A stretch of 64,000 nucleotides of DNA from the NCBI GenBank assembly GCA_036918135.1, contig JBALDB010000036.1, forward strand, positions 31,773 to 95,772, written 5' to 3'. Below, one piece after another: positions 18,088 through 28,038 of this stretch (the stretch's first letter is position 1; each line of letters begins with the position of its first letter). The notes under the pieces are model-generated. The model saw nothing but the letters and a program-made list of their open reading frames with translations. It had not been told where the DNA came from and did not search any database. Source of the DNA: Nostoc sp. (GTDB lineage: Bacteria > Cyanobacteriota > Cyanobacteriia > Cyanobacteriales > Nostocaceae). The position numbers and the translations under genes are program-made.

Positions 18088-18372
18088 CTACTTTGCTTTC
18101 ACCCGTGCCTGCTTCACCATTGCAATCAAAGTTTGATGAGCATCTTCCGCATTTGCTAAAACACGATCGAACTGAATGCGAACTGGCACATCTTCCCCAT
18201 TCACTTGCGCCGTTAAATCCATACCATGTTCATCAATTGACAGCATTTGTGCTGCGATGGCATCTGTTACACCACCAAAAGCTTGAGCATAAAGAACCAC
18301 AGCATCAGCATGATCCTCATTCATATGGTTGCAGATGCGCGAACTAATATCAGCAGAAAAATCCTTAGACAT
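18088..18372 (-). CDS. DUF2470 domain protein (heme-utilization/HugZ-like N-terminal domain)
   Basis: RICNHMNEDHADAV...IDEHGMDL...RIQF motif. Confidence 0.85.
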   Translation of the reverse strand: MSKDFSADISSRICNHMNEDHADAVVLYAQAFGGVTDAIAAQMLSIDEHGMDLTAQVNGEDVPVRIQFDRVLANAEDAHQTLIAMVKQARVKAK

Positions 18373-18652
18373 TGTGAGGTCAAAAGTCAGGTATACAGCA
18401 ACACCTTAAATTTTAGGCTAACAACATAAATTAAATTGACTAGTTTTAAAATTGTCACAAAAACCATAAACTATATTATATTGCGATCGTCACTCAACCT
18501 GATTCCTGACTGGGATAATAATTAAATTAAAATAAAACTTTAAATTAAAATAAAACTTATTCAGTAGTTTCACTTGTAATTGCGTAAACAAGACAGCTTA
18601 AACTGTAGCAGAAGTATTAGCCAAAAATCCAAATTATTGCAGCCAAGAGACA

Positions 18653-19408
18653 ATGAGCGAAACTAACCCCAGACGAATTGTAATTGGGGATGTACATGGT
18701 CACTATGAAGGTTTAATGACATTGTTGGAGGCGATCGCCCCCACATCAGACGATCGGGTCTATTTTCTCGGAGACTTAATCGATCGCGGGCCTCATAGCG
18801 CACAAGTAGTTAATTTTGTCAAGGAAAATAACTACCCGTGTTTGCTAGGAAATCATGAGCAAATGTTATTAAGCATTCTGACCGATGAAAGGACTTCCTC
18901 CCCAAGGATGCAAGCATGGCTATATGGTGGGGGGCAAGCGACCGTAGCCAGTTACCACGAGGCTACAATTCCAGATGACCATTTAGATTGGTTCAAAGCT
19001 TTGCCTACATATATTGACTTAGGGGATATTTGGTTAACTCATGCTGGTGTTGACCCTTCTAAGCCAGTCAGAGAACAAACAGCCGATCAACTGTGCTGGA
19101 TACGAGAAGAATTTCATAGCATTCGCAAGCCTTACTTTCCCGATAAGCAAATTATTATCGGTCACACGATTACCTTTACTTTACCGGGTGTTTCTCCTGG
19201 TCAACTGGCACAAGGACAGGGATGGCTAGGCATAGATACTGGCGCATATCATCCTCGGAGTGGCTGGTTGACTGGGCTAGATGTTACAAATCACTTGGTT
19301 TATCAAGTAAATGTTTTTAGAAATTATCTCCGTGCTGTGCCCTTAGGAGATATGGCGATCGCAATCGATCCAGCTAAAATTAAAGTTAATCGCCGCAATT
19401 ACAATTGA
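18653..19408 (+). CDS. PPP-family metallophosphoesterase (Ser/Thr protein phosphatase)
   Basis: GDVHG, GDLIDRG, GNHE, HAG, GHT and IDTG motifs. Confidence 0.9.
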   Translation: MSETNPRRIVIGDVHGHYEGLMTLLEAIAPTSDDRVYFLGDLIDRGPHSAQVVNFVKENNYPCLLGNHEQMLLSILTDERTSSPRMQAWLYGGGQATVASYHEATIPDDHLDWFKALPTYIDLGDIWLTHAGVDPSKPVREQTADQLCWIREEFHSIRKPYFPDKQIIIGHTITFTLPGVSPGQLAQGQGWLGIDTGAYHPRSGWLTGLDVTNHLVYQVNVFRNYLRAVPLGDMAIAIDPAKIKVNRRNYN

Positions 19409-19482
19409 TCGGGGGAGTGGAGACTCTTTAGTAGGGACTGGGAATTAGGCAAGAGTTTTCCCAGTACCCAATGCCCTAAACA

Positions 19483-20340
19483 TCAAGCTAATGGTCGAAT
19501 ATTGGCTCTATAACTAGCTTTATCTAATCCATAACTTCCGTTGCTAGGTTGCTCCTGAATTTCACGTTTAAGGGCAGCAATGCGATCGCTTGTTCCGGGG
19601 TGAGTACTCAAAAATGTTGGTACAGAACCACCCTGTTTTAACAGCTTTTGCATAAAAGAAACCATCGCCGACTGGGCGTAACCAGTGCGTGTCAAAGTTC
19701 TTAATCCTCTTTCATCGGCCTCAAATTCATTTTGACGGCTGCGTGGCAAGTCTCGCGCTAACTGTACACCAATTTGTACCGCCGTACTCCGGTCTAAGCC
19801 AGCTGCTGTTAATAGACCACTTTCAAGGGCTTTTTGCTGCATTTGTTTGACTACGTGTTTGCCGCCAATGTGACCAATTTCGTGGGCGAGTACACTTGCT
19901 AGTTCCGCTTCATTATCTGCGGTTTTTAGCAAGCCCGTATGAACATATACATAGCCTCCCAAGGTCGCGAAAGCATTAATAGACTTATCTTCAACTACTT
20001 GGAAAGTATAAGGGAGATCCGGGCGATCGCTATTAGCTGCCAAACGCCGTCCGACTTTTTCCACATAGCGATTAACTTCTGGATTGCGGTAAAGTCGCAC
20101 TTGACTATTCACCAATTCCTGATTAATCTGCTTACCCAGATCGACTTCCTGGCGAGAGGATATATTAGAAAGCTGAAATACCTGGACTCCTTGGAATAGA
20201 AGAGGTAAAAAGTCTAAAGCTCTTCCAGGTAAGGGTGTACTTAGGCACAGACTCAGGGCAACTACCACTGAAATTAGTGGATAAAACCAGCGACGACGCC
20301 ACATCCGGTAATTTACAACAAAACCTTTCCAATTCAACAT
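19483..20340 (-). CDS. M48 family metalloprotease
   Basis: INAFATLGG, LAHEIGH, EFEAD and STHP motifs. Confidence 0.9.
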   Translation of the reverse strand: MLNWKGFVVNYRMWRRRWFYPLISVVVALSLCLSTPLPGRALDFLPLLFQGVQVFQLSNISSRQEVDLGKQINQELVNSQVRLYRNPEVNRYVEKVGRRLAANSDRPDLPYTFQVVEDKSINAFATLGGYVYVHTGLLKTADNEAELASVLAHEIGHIGGKHVVKQMQQKALESGLLTAAGLDRSTAVQIGVQLARDLPRSRQNEFEADERGLRTLTRTGYAQSAMVSFMQKLLKQGGSVPTFLSTHPGTSDRIAALKREIQEQPSNGSYGLDKASYRANIRPLA

Positions 20341-20734
20341 AATCTGTACTGAAAATAATTTTGGGAGAACGTAAGATGATAAGACAAATTATGAGACGGA
20401 TTTAAAATATTCTATGTTGCATTGTTAGCTCAAAACGAAAGGGCTTGTTATACAGCTAATGCTTACGCAAATATACTGAAGTTGACACAGCTAACGATTC
20501 CCTCTAGAGATAGGCTTAAACAATGAGATTTTAGCTTTCAAGTACATCAGTTCTAAGAGGCAAAAATTTGAGGCTTAGCTGCCGCAACTCGAAACTGACG
20601 AACACGTGATAAACTGTCGCATGACTACAAGGCTCAGCTGCTTTGAGTTATTACCAAATAGATAAAGTTGCCCTTCCCATCGCAAACCTTGTTGCTACAA
20701 TCAATTTCTTCGCTATTACCTTGGAAAACTTTTT

Positions 20735-21268
20735 ATGGCTATTTTAGATTCAAAAGGTCGTTTGTTCGGCAAAATTAACCTCCTTGATTTAGGTGCTGCG
20801 CTAGTCAGCCTGTTAGTTATATTTGTAATTATGTCTAGTTTCTTGTCTAGCTTAGGCCTTGCCCAAGTCGGTGAGAAAATAGCACCCATAGAGGTAGATT
20901 TAGTAGTCCGTGGTTTGAATGTACGTGACCCCGAACAATTATTCAATAATGGATTAAAAAAAGGCGGTAAAACTAATGTGATCATCCGCAATCAACCCTA
21001 TGGAGAGATTGAGATTAAATCAATTCAACAACTACCTAGAACAGTCAATGTTTCCCAGCCTGATGGTTCCGTTAAAGAATTGCCAGATCCAAAAACCAAT
21101 AATTTTAGTACAGATTTTATTTTAACTTTAGATGGCAAAGCCCAAGTTACTGACAGTGGTCCAGTTCTTGGCAACAGTAAAGTCAAAATTGGGATGCCAT
21201 TTGAATTGGAAGGTTTTAACTACAACTTCAATGCTACTGTCATTGATGTCAGGTTAAAAGACAAATAG
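20735..21268 (+). CDS. DUF4330 family protein
   Basis: MAILDSKGRLFGKINLLD N-terminus followed by a TM helix. Confidence 0.8.
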   Translation: MAILDSKGRLFGKINLLDLGAALVSLLVIFVIMSSFLSSLGLAQVGEKIAPIEVDLVVRGLNVRDPEQLFNNGLKKGGKTNVIIRNQPYGEIEIKSIQQLPRTVNVSQPDGSVKELPDPKTNNFSTDFILTLDGKAQVTDSGPVLGNSKVKIGMPFELEGFNYNFNATVIDVRLKDK

Positions 21269-21379
21269 TTTTGTAATAATTCAGAAGGATTTGATACCTA
21301 AGCTTAATAGTTTAAAAATCAATAATTCATAAAAGATTTGATTTTTAAATTCCTAGCTATATTGTGAATTCTGACTAAT

Positions 21380-21413
21380 GAGCGGAGCATCGAAAATATT
21401 TGCAGCTCCGCTT
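21380..21413. terminator. hairpin between convergent genes
   Basis: GAGCGGAGC...GCTCCGCTT. Confidence 0.45.
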
Positions 21414-21426
21414 GTGAATTCTTAGA

Positions 21427-22320
21427 TTAATTAAGCAAAGGTAAAAATCGGCGAATTAACCCAATTGTTACTCCTGGCAATTCCAACTGCGGTGTTAATC
21501 CCACATCCTCTAATTGTTGAAAAAATCGGATTGCTTGGGGATTAATTTCGGCGAGGCGGCGACCAGTTGAAGGCCCTGTAAATTCCGATTTTTGTCCCCA
21601 AATAATGGCGGTAGGGGTGGTCAACTGTTGAATATAAAGAGATAAATCAAAGCATAAATCGCCACGTACAAAAGACAGTGCTGCATACTCAGCATTTGGC
21701 TGTTGGGCTGATTGTAGATAAGCATCTACAATTTCTTCATAGATTCGATTAGGTTGAGCAAATTGTCGCTGCTCTAAGAAGCCACGAATACCGCCACTAG
21801 TAGCAACTCCAGTACTATATAGCACGCGGTCAATAATCGGAACACTGACTAACTGAGCAAAAAAGCTGCGGGAATAGTCTTCGCCAAAGTCAGAAAGTCC
21901 GGCAGGAGTAGTAAGAATTAAAGACTTAAATAAATCTGGATGAGCGATCGCTACTCTAATTATAAATGCTGCGGTTAAAGAAGAAGCGATCGTTGTTACC
22001 GGCCCGCTACAAGTCTGCTGAAAAAATTCCCGAATCGTGGTCAAATAATCGTCAATTTTATAACTGCGTGCTGGATGTTCAGATCTACCCCAACCAATTA
22101 AATCTGGCGCAATAACTCTATATTCAGCAGCAAAAGCGGGATAAACTTTCGACCACTCATAAGCAGAAGACCCACCGCCAAAGGCGTGCAAAAACACCAA
22201 AGTTTCTCGGTCGTCGGCTGTAACATCGTTTTGCCAAGGTGACCCAGCGGCAGTATAGTACACCATTTTACCTAATGAGGTAATTACCGAGCGTTGTTCA
22301 AATCCTATTGGCTGAAACAT
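21427..22320 (-). CDS. alpha/beta fold hydrolase
   Basis: LVFLHAFGGG and APDLIGWGRS motifs; the nucleophile elbow is atypical (ASSLT). Confidence 0.85.
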   Translation of the reverse strand: MFQPIGFEQRSVITSLGKMVYYTAAGSPWQNDVTADDRETLVFLHAFGGGSSAYEWSKVYPAFAAEYRVIAPDLIGWGRSEHPARSYKIDDYLTTIREFFQQTCSGPVTTIASSLTAAFIIRVAIAHPDLFKSLILTTPAGLSDFGEDYSRSFFAQLVSVPIIDRVLYSTGVATSGGIRGFLEQRQFAQPNRIYEEIVDAYLQSAQQPNAEYAALSFVRGDLCFDLSLYIQQLTTPTAIIWGQKSEFTGPSTGRRLAEINPQAIRFFQQLEDVGLTPQLELPGVTIGLIRRFLPLLN

Positions 22321-22357
22321 AAATATTTTTCTTGACCTAATGATTAATTAATACAGG

Positions 22358-22459
22358 TAAGCTGTTCCACATAAATTTGCATATATTAGGCAGGCGAGAC
22401 GCTCACTGCACAATATATGTACAATTTCAGATTGTTCAAACTAAATGTGGTTTAGCTTA
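22358..22459. mobile_element. MITE-like element (~100 bp)
   Basis: Inverted ends TAAGCTGTTCCACAT / ATGTGGTTTAGCTTA with TA termini. Confidence 0.55.
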
Positions 22460-22862
22460 ACAACACAGACGCTAGGACACAGGGATAGGAGGATATAAAG
22501 ATGCTCCGAAACTCTGACTAGAGAATTTTTTTCCGGCGTCAGAGCGTCTTAAGTTTTATTATCAGCGAACCAATTACTTTAGGACTTCTGACCAGCGTCA
22601 GATTAAGTAGATGTAAAATTGCTGAATTGGTTATAAAGATTTAGTAGTTTTTTTCTCCTAAGAAACCAGAAAATAACGTTGTAATTACTGTGTTGCAGGG
22701 CTTGTGCCTGGTAGCGAGTATTACCATGACATAAATCAAGATGAGTTTTTTATGATACTCTATCAACAAATTGATAAATAATTTTGAGCGTCAAGAATAG
22801 TCAAAACGCTCATTTTAATAAGCTATTAATTCTAGTTCTGCATCTGAAAACAATAGCTTTTG

Positions 22863-23004
22863 ATACAGCAGTTTTGATTTGCATGAAGTACAGAGTTAAT
22901 GGTTTTGAGGCAGGAGGCAGAAGGCAGCTATGCTGGAGGGAAAAGAATAATTTCTATATTGAATTCTCCAGTTGTGTACCTCATTTATTTGCAAACTGCT
23001 GTAT
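22863..23004. mobile_element. MITE-like element (142 bp)
   Basis: Perfect 12-bp inverted ends ATACAGCAGTTT / AAACTGCTGTAT, inner ATGAAGTACA / TGTACCTCAT, and an internal GGCAGGA STRR. Confidence 0.7.
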
Positions 23005-23049
23005 GTTACTAAGCTGATTTATATCTAGGTAAGGCTAAGGCGGAATGTC

Positions 23050-23622
23050 ATGGTACAGGCTACTCTTCAATTAAATAAAGTACCAAGGATTGAAGATCCG
23101 AAAATTGCGCTTGACAACTTTAATATCCAAAACCAAATTACAGTTTCATCTCGCCTTGAGCCAGGTATTGACATTACCAAACTGACTATACCTACTTGTA
23201 TTTGTTTAGACTTGGAAGATTTGAAGTGTTTTGAAGCAGTAGAACGCCAGTATGAACGCTGGGGAGTGATTTTTCATAATTCTCTAGCAATACAGCCCTC
23301 AAATCCAGCATTTCCAAGTCATTCAGGGCTGACAGTCTTTATGGGAGCGCCCAAAAGCGGATTTTTAGAAGCGACTTTCTTACATCCTGTGAACTCAGTT
23401 AGTGCTTTTGTCACTAGTTCGCAGCGGTTAGTACTTTCGGCTTACGATGGCGATCGGCAACTCCTGGGACAAACTATACTACCAGGCGCTAATCTTGCCA
23501 ATTCTGATTCGGCAATTTCCTCTAATACCTTATTATCTATAAGTGGGAATAACATCAAAAGCGTCACCTTCTGCGCTTTTGATGGTCAATTTACTCTTGA
23601 TGACTTTCGTTTCTGCCTTTAA
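23050..23622 (+). CDS. hypothetical protein
   Basis: 190-aa ORF with an ATG start and coding-like composition. Confidence 0.7.
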   Translation: MVQATLQLNKVPRIEDPKIALDNFNIQNQITVSSRLEPGIDITKLTIPTCICLDLEDLKCFEAVERQYERWGVIFHNSLAIQPSNPAFPSHSGLTVFMGAPKSGFLEATFLHPVNSVSAFVTSSQRLVLSAYDGDRQLLGQTILPGANLANSDSAISSNTLLSISGNNIKSVTFCAFDGQFTLDDFRFCL

Positions 23623-23957
23623 ACTTAAAACGTTAAAAACTCAGTAACAAAATTAAGCTTACTTGTCCCAATCCGGGTATTCTTTTAGAGTATATTGTTC
23701 ATCAATCTCCCAAAGAGTAGAAACTAGGGTGCTTCCAGCAGATTTCAAGGAAAGTTAAGTACACTATCTAAGTTTAGTAGCTAGGTACAGAGCCTATTCT
23801 AACTCATCAATTCTGACGCCTCGGCAGAGCTTGCTTTGCTTTTGAATTCTCCTGTATAATCACCTGTATTTTTACTAATTTGGGATGCTTCTTGGTTTGT
23901 GCATTTTTTAATAAAACTTATACAATAAGTAATTTCGCAATCAAGTAGGTAAACACT

Positions 23958-24815
23958 GTGGCACAGGCTTCGTCTTCTTGGCAGCAATTGCTCAACCAGC
24001 TCCCCAACTGGTCGCTGACAAAGTTCAAGACAGCTAATCACGGAAAAAACCCACAACTAAACATGAAAAAGGAACATACCCTACTCCCTACTCCCCACCC
24101 CCTACTCCCAATTTTCAAATTAGGAGGAAGCTTAAAACCGAAAACTTTCAAGCGCTTTTCTGGGCCTGGCGGCTTTCTTGGGTTCCTGACAATCGTCGTT
24201 GCTATGTTGTTGTGGAACTGGAAACTCCTATTAGCTTTGTCAATTGGCGTTGGAGTAATGGTACTAGTTTACTCAATGCAGGAGTGGGACTGGCAATTGC
24301 GCTGGTCTAAAATACGTGAGTTTTTAAACAGTTCAAATCGTCGGTTAGTCTTAGCAGTCCTGAGTGGTGGTCTTGCGACTGTCAGCACTTACATGGCAGT
24401 TGCAATTTGGGTTGACTCTCACAGTCGCTGGATTGCTGCTGGCGCGATTCTCCAAGGTGTGGGAACACTATTAACTTTAATTTTATTAGTATGGCAAATT
24501 GTCAATTTTTATGGAAATCAACAAGAAGACCACCTAGAGCAGTTGTTAGTCAATTTAACAGAAAAAGATCCATTGAAAAGATTAATTGCCTTGCGTCAAC
24601 TCACCAAATTAATCACCCGTAAGCAAGTTGATTCTTCAGTGCAGGAAGATGTAATCCAATGCTTGCAACTCCTACTGAGTAGAGAGGAGGAAGTTGTGAT
24701 TCGAGAGGCAGCTTTTAAGAGCTTGCAAGCCTGCGATCGCTTGCAACTACTACCACCCAAAACAGCCACAACTTTCGTTCCCATATCAGCAAAACTCAAA
24801 CACCATATTTATTAG
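23958..24815 (+). CDS. membrane protein with a C-terminal HEAT/armadillo-like region
   Basis: About 4 TM segments followed by DPLKRLIALRQL...VIREAA; GTG start; STRR-bearing segment near the N-terminus. Confidence 0.7.
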   Translation: MAQASSSWQQLLNQLPNWSLTKFKTANHGKNPQLNMKKEHTLLPTPHPLLPIFKLGGSLKPKTFKRFSGPGGFLGFLTIVVAMLLWNWKLLLALSIGVGVMVLVYSMQEWDWQLRWSKIREFLNSSNRRLVLAVLSGGLATVSTYMAVAIWVDSHSRWIAAGAILQGVGTLLTLILLVWQIVNFYGNQQEDHLEQLLVNLTEKDPLKRLIALRQLTKLITRKQVDSSVQEDVIQCLQLLLSREEEVVIREAAFKSLQACDRLQLLPPKTATTFVPISAKLKHHIY

Positions 24816-24871
24816 TCATTGGTCAGTTGTCATTGGTTATTTGTGAATAATCAATGACAACTGACCAATTA

Positions 24872-25618
24872 TTATTTCCGAAACAACTGTCCATTGCGGA
24901 CTTGAGCTACTGGTTGATTGCACCGTCGCACTAATTGTTCATCGTGAGTGGTAACAATCACTGTAGCGCCAAAAGAATTTAACTTCTGGAGAATTTGTAT
25001 AACTTGCCAGGAATTATCTGGATCGAGATTTCCCGTTGGTTCGTCGGCCAGCAGCAGTGGTGGTGTGCTAACAATCGCCCTAGCAATACTCACCCGCTGT
25101 TGCTCTCCTCCAGACAATTGATCTGGAAAGCAGTCAGCTTTATTCAGTAAACCTACCAACTTCAACGTTGGTTCTAAACGGCGTTGAATTTCTTTACGGG
25201 TATACCCTTGAGCTTGGAGTACAAAAGTTACATTTTCTGCTACTGTCCGTTGGGTAATTAGTTTGTAGTCTTGAAACACAATGCCAATACGTCGCCGTAA
25301 TAAAGACAAGCGATCGCCCCTCAAAGCTGCTACATTACATTCATCAACGATTACTTCTCCCTGTGTAGGTAACTCCTGCCCATACAGCAGTTTCAAGAGC
25401 GTTGATTTACCAGAACCGCTTGGCCCTGTGATAAAGAGAAATTCTCCCTTTTTAACCTCAAGGTTGGCATTGAGCAACGCATGACAGCCATTAGTATAGG
25501 TCTTGGTTACAGATTGCAATTGCACCTTGGCAGCAGTATTACTAATGTGCTGTTGAGTTTCACTGTTGTGTCGAGCAACGGATTTCTCTGTCTTAACTTC
25601 AGTTGTTAATACTGGCAT
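24872..25618 (-). CDS. ftsE: cell division ATP-binding protein FtsE
   Basis: GPSGSGKST, LRRRIGIVFQDYKL, LSGGEQQRV and ADEPTGNLD motifs; ATG 25618 has a GAGGAG RBS. Confidence 0.9.
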   Translation of the reverse strand: MPVLTTEVKTEKSVARHNSETQQHISNTAAKVQLQSVTKTYTNGCHALLNANLEVKKGEFLFITGPSGSGKSTLLKLLYGQELPTQGEVIVDECNVAALRGDRLSLLRRRIGIVFQDYKLITQRTVAENVTFVLQAQGYTRKEIQRRLEPTLKLVGLLNKADCFPDQLSGGEQQRVSIARAIVSTPPLLLADEPTGNLDPDNSWQVIQILQKLNSFGATVIVTTHDEQLVRRCNQPVAQVRNGQLFRK

Positions 25619-25843
25619 TGTTAAATTCTCCTCATATCCACAACCAAACACTTTGCCAACTTCGATTTGACATTCCCCCCAAAATCAGAATTCCCAGGTT
25701 TTGCCTGGGAATTTCAAATCCAACAGAGAAATTTAAAATTTTTTGAAGACTTACTAGTAACTAAGTAATAGCACTCAGAATTGAGAAGTCATCACTCAAA
25801 ATTCCTAACCAAAGCTAACAAAAAGGTCTCCGGCGCTCCTAAC

Positions 25844-26602
25844 TCAGCACTTAATAGCACTCCTTGCAGTCCAGCGATAAACAAAGGCTTTGACTGCAAA
25901 CTCCGGCAAAGCCAACATCCGCCGCCAGCGCCAAGGTTCTTGATACAGCCGATATAGCCATTCCAAATTATTATTTCCTAACCAAGCGGGAGCGCGAGTT
26001 TTAGTACCCGACCAAATATCAAAACTGCCACCGACACCAATCCAAATCGCTTGGGGACACAAATGGCGGTTTTGGGCAATCCATAATTCTTGACGTGGCA
26101 CTCCTAAACCTACAAAAATCACTTGTGGTTGTAATTGGGTAAGAGTTTGTCGCAATTGTGCTTCTTCTTCTGCGGAGTGGTAGCCTGAGTGAGTACCTAC
26201 GATGTTCAAATTTGGAACTTGCTGCTGCCAAAACTTTGCTGCAATTGAGGCTACTCCAGGCGCGGCGCCATAGAAAAATACCTTTGCCCCTGTCTGGCGC
26301 TGTCCAAGTTCTTGTAAAAGCTTTTCTGCTAATTCAATTCCCGGAAAACGCTGCACTTTTTGCCATAACAGCCAGCGTAAATAGAGAACAACCCCAGCTC
26401 CATCTGGAATCACTAGTTCAGCATTTTTAATAGTCTGAGCTAGAAATTTGTTCCGCTCTGCCTGCATAGTCATTTCTGCATTGAGCGTTACCACATGAGT
26501 TCCTCTGCCTTGTTGCAAGCATTCTAACAACCAGCCTGGATAGTTAGTCATCACATGAACTGGTATCCCCAACACTGAAAATGCTTCAGGCGATTTAGAC
26601 AT
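25844..26602 (-). CDS. WecB/TagA/CpsF family glycosyltransferase
   Basis: VVTLNAE, PDGAGV, VGLGVPRQE, GVGGSFD and LEWLYRL motifs. Confidence 0.92.
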   Translation of the reverse strand: MSKSPEAFSVLGIPVHVMTNYPGWLLECLQQGRGTHVVTLNAEMTMQAERNKFLAQTIKNAELVIPDGAGVVLYLRWLLWQKVQRFPGIELAEKLLQELGQRQTGAKVFFYGAAPGVASIAAKFWQQQVPNLNIVGTHSGYHSAEEEAQLRQTLTQLQPQVIFVGLGVPRQELWIAQNRHLCPQAIWIGVGGSFDIWSGTKTRAPAWLGNNNLEWLYRLYQEPWRWRRMLALPEFAVKAFVYRWTARSAIKC

Positions 26603-27162
26603 AAGTTATTGAGTTATTGTTGATTTCACACCACATATTCCTTGAACGTTAAGTTTATCAAATATTTTTATCAGGGAAGAATTAAAGACGAGTCGCTCCA
26701 GTTTTCGTTGTTAGGCTCGTCACTCACTTTTTACTCGACGGTACAACCACCTCCTATCAAAGACAAAAACAGCTGCAACAATAGAAAGCATAATTTAACT
26801 AATTAGCCTTGGGTGCTTGTACTTCGACTAAACCAGTCGCAATTTTATTGTTAGAGTCTAATGTTGACAAAGGCTGTGGCAATGCCCTTCATGTTAGCTT
26901 TACTCAAATTGCATTTCCATGTAGACCTGCACAAGGGTACTCAGACCACACGCGAAGCGTTGGCCGCGATCGGAAATTGCATGACAATTAAGGAGATATC
27001 AAGTGCCCTTAATTGTCAAGACTGTGTTGCTTTTCGACGTAGGATTTGAGTTATTCAGGTGTGACACCTCCACACACAGAATATCTTTAAATCTGTGCTT
27101 ATTAAGACTTTTTAGTAAACTCGACTTTACAGTTAAGGTAGTGTAACGGGCTGAAGTTGGCT

Positions 27163-27882
27163 ATGAGTAAAATTCGTATCGCTCTGATTGAAGATCATGA
27201 CCTGACTCGTGTGGGAATTCGCACAGCACTGCTACAAAAGGATGAAATTGAAGTTGTAGGAGAAGCCACCAATGCCGCTGAAGGGCTAAAAATGTTAAAA
27301 GTGCTACAACCAGATATTGCCATAGTAGATATTGGTTTACCAGATAAAGATGGCATTGAGTTGACACGGGAGGTAAAATCTACTACTAATAGCGAAGAGT
27401 TAAGCACAAAGGTGTTAATTTTGACACTAAGGGATAATCGAGAAGCGGTATTGGCAGCTTTTGCAGCTGGGGCAGACTCCTACTGTATGAAGGATATCAA
27501 ATTTGATAATTTGCTGGAAGCAGTGCGAGTAACTTACAATGGCAACGCGTGGATCGATCCGGCGATCGCTCGAATTGTATTACAACAAGCGCAACAAAAC
27601 CCCCAAAAGTCGGAATCGGCTTTTGTTGATACCAAGACCGTTGCTCCTAACCCTGAGTTGACGGAGAATCTAGAAGGAGTTGAACCTTACACCCTGACAG
27701 AAAGGGAGTTAGAAGTGTTACAGTTGATTGTCGAAGGTTGTAGCAATGCAGTAATTGCGGAAAGACTTTACATCACTGTTGGAACTGTTAAAACTCACGT
27801 CCGCAATATCTTGAATAAGCTATGTGCCGATGACCGTACCCAAGCAGCAGTCCGTGCCTTGCGTTCTGGGTTAGTAGGATAA
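27163..27882 (+). CDS. NarL/LuxR-family response regulator
   Basis: REC domain (IEDH, VDIGLP) and C-terminal LTERELEVL...TVKTHVRNILNKL; alternative TTG start at 27157. Confidence 0.92.
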   Translation: MSKIRIALIEDHDLTRVGIRTALLQKDEIEVVGEATNAAEGLKMLKVLQPDIAIVDIGLPDKDGIELTREVKSTTNSEELSTKVLILTLRDNREAVLAAFAAGADSYCMKDIKFDNLLEAVRVTYNGNAWIDPAIARIVLQQAQQNPQKSESAFVDTKTVAPNPELTENLEGVEPYTLTERELEVLQLIVEGCSNAVIAERLYITVGTVKTHVRNILNKLCADDRTQAAVRALRSGLVG

Positions 27883-28038
27883 AAGTTAAATTCAGCTGAC
27901 AGTAACAGTTATCAAGGTTTCAAACACTGATAACTGATAACTGTTGACAATGATTAGTTCTGAGTTTTTGTTGGTTCTCAGGTGGGATAAAAGATTATAC
28001 TATCTCGCCATTAAAATAGTTGAAAAATAAAGTCAAAT

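Noticed and set aside
26809..27049. Two short overlapping ORFs upstream of the response regulator
   Set aside because: No recognisable motifs or clear RBS; may be 5' leader sequence.
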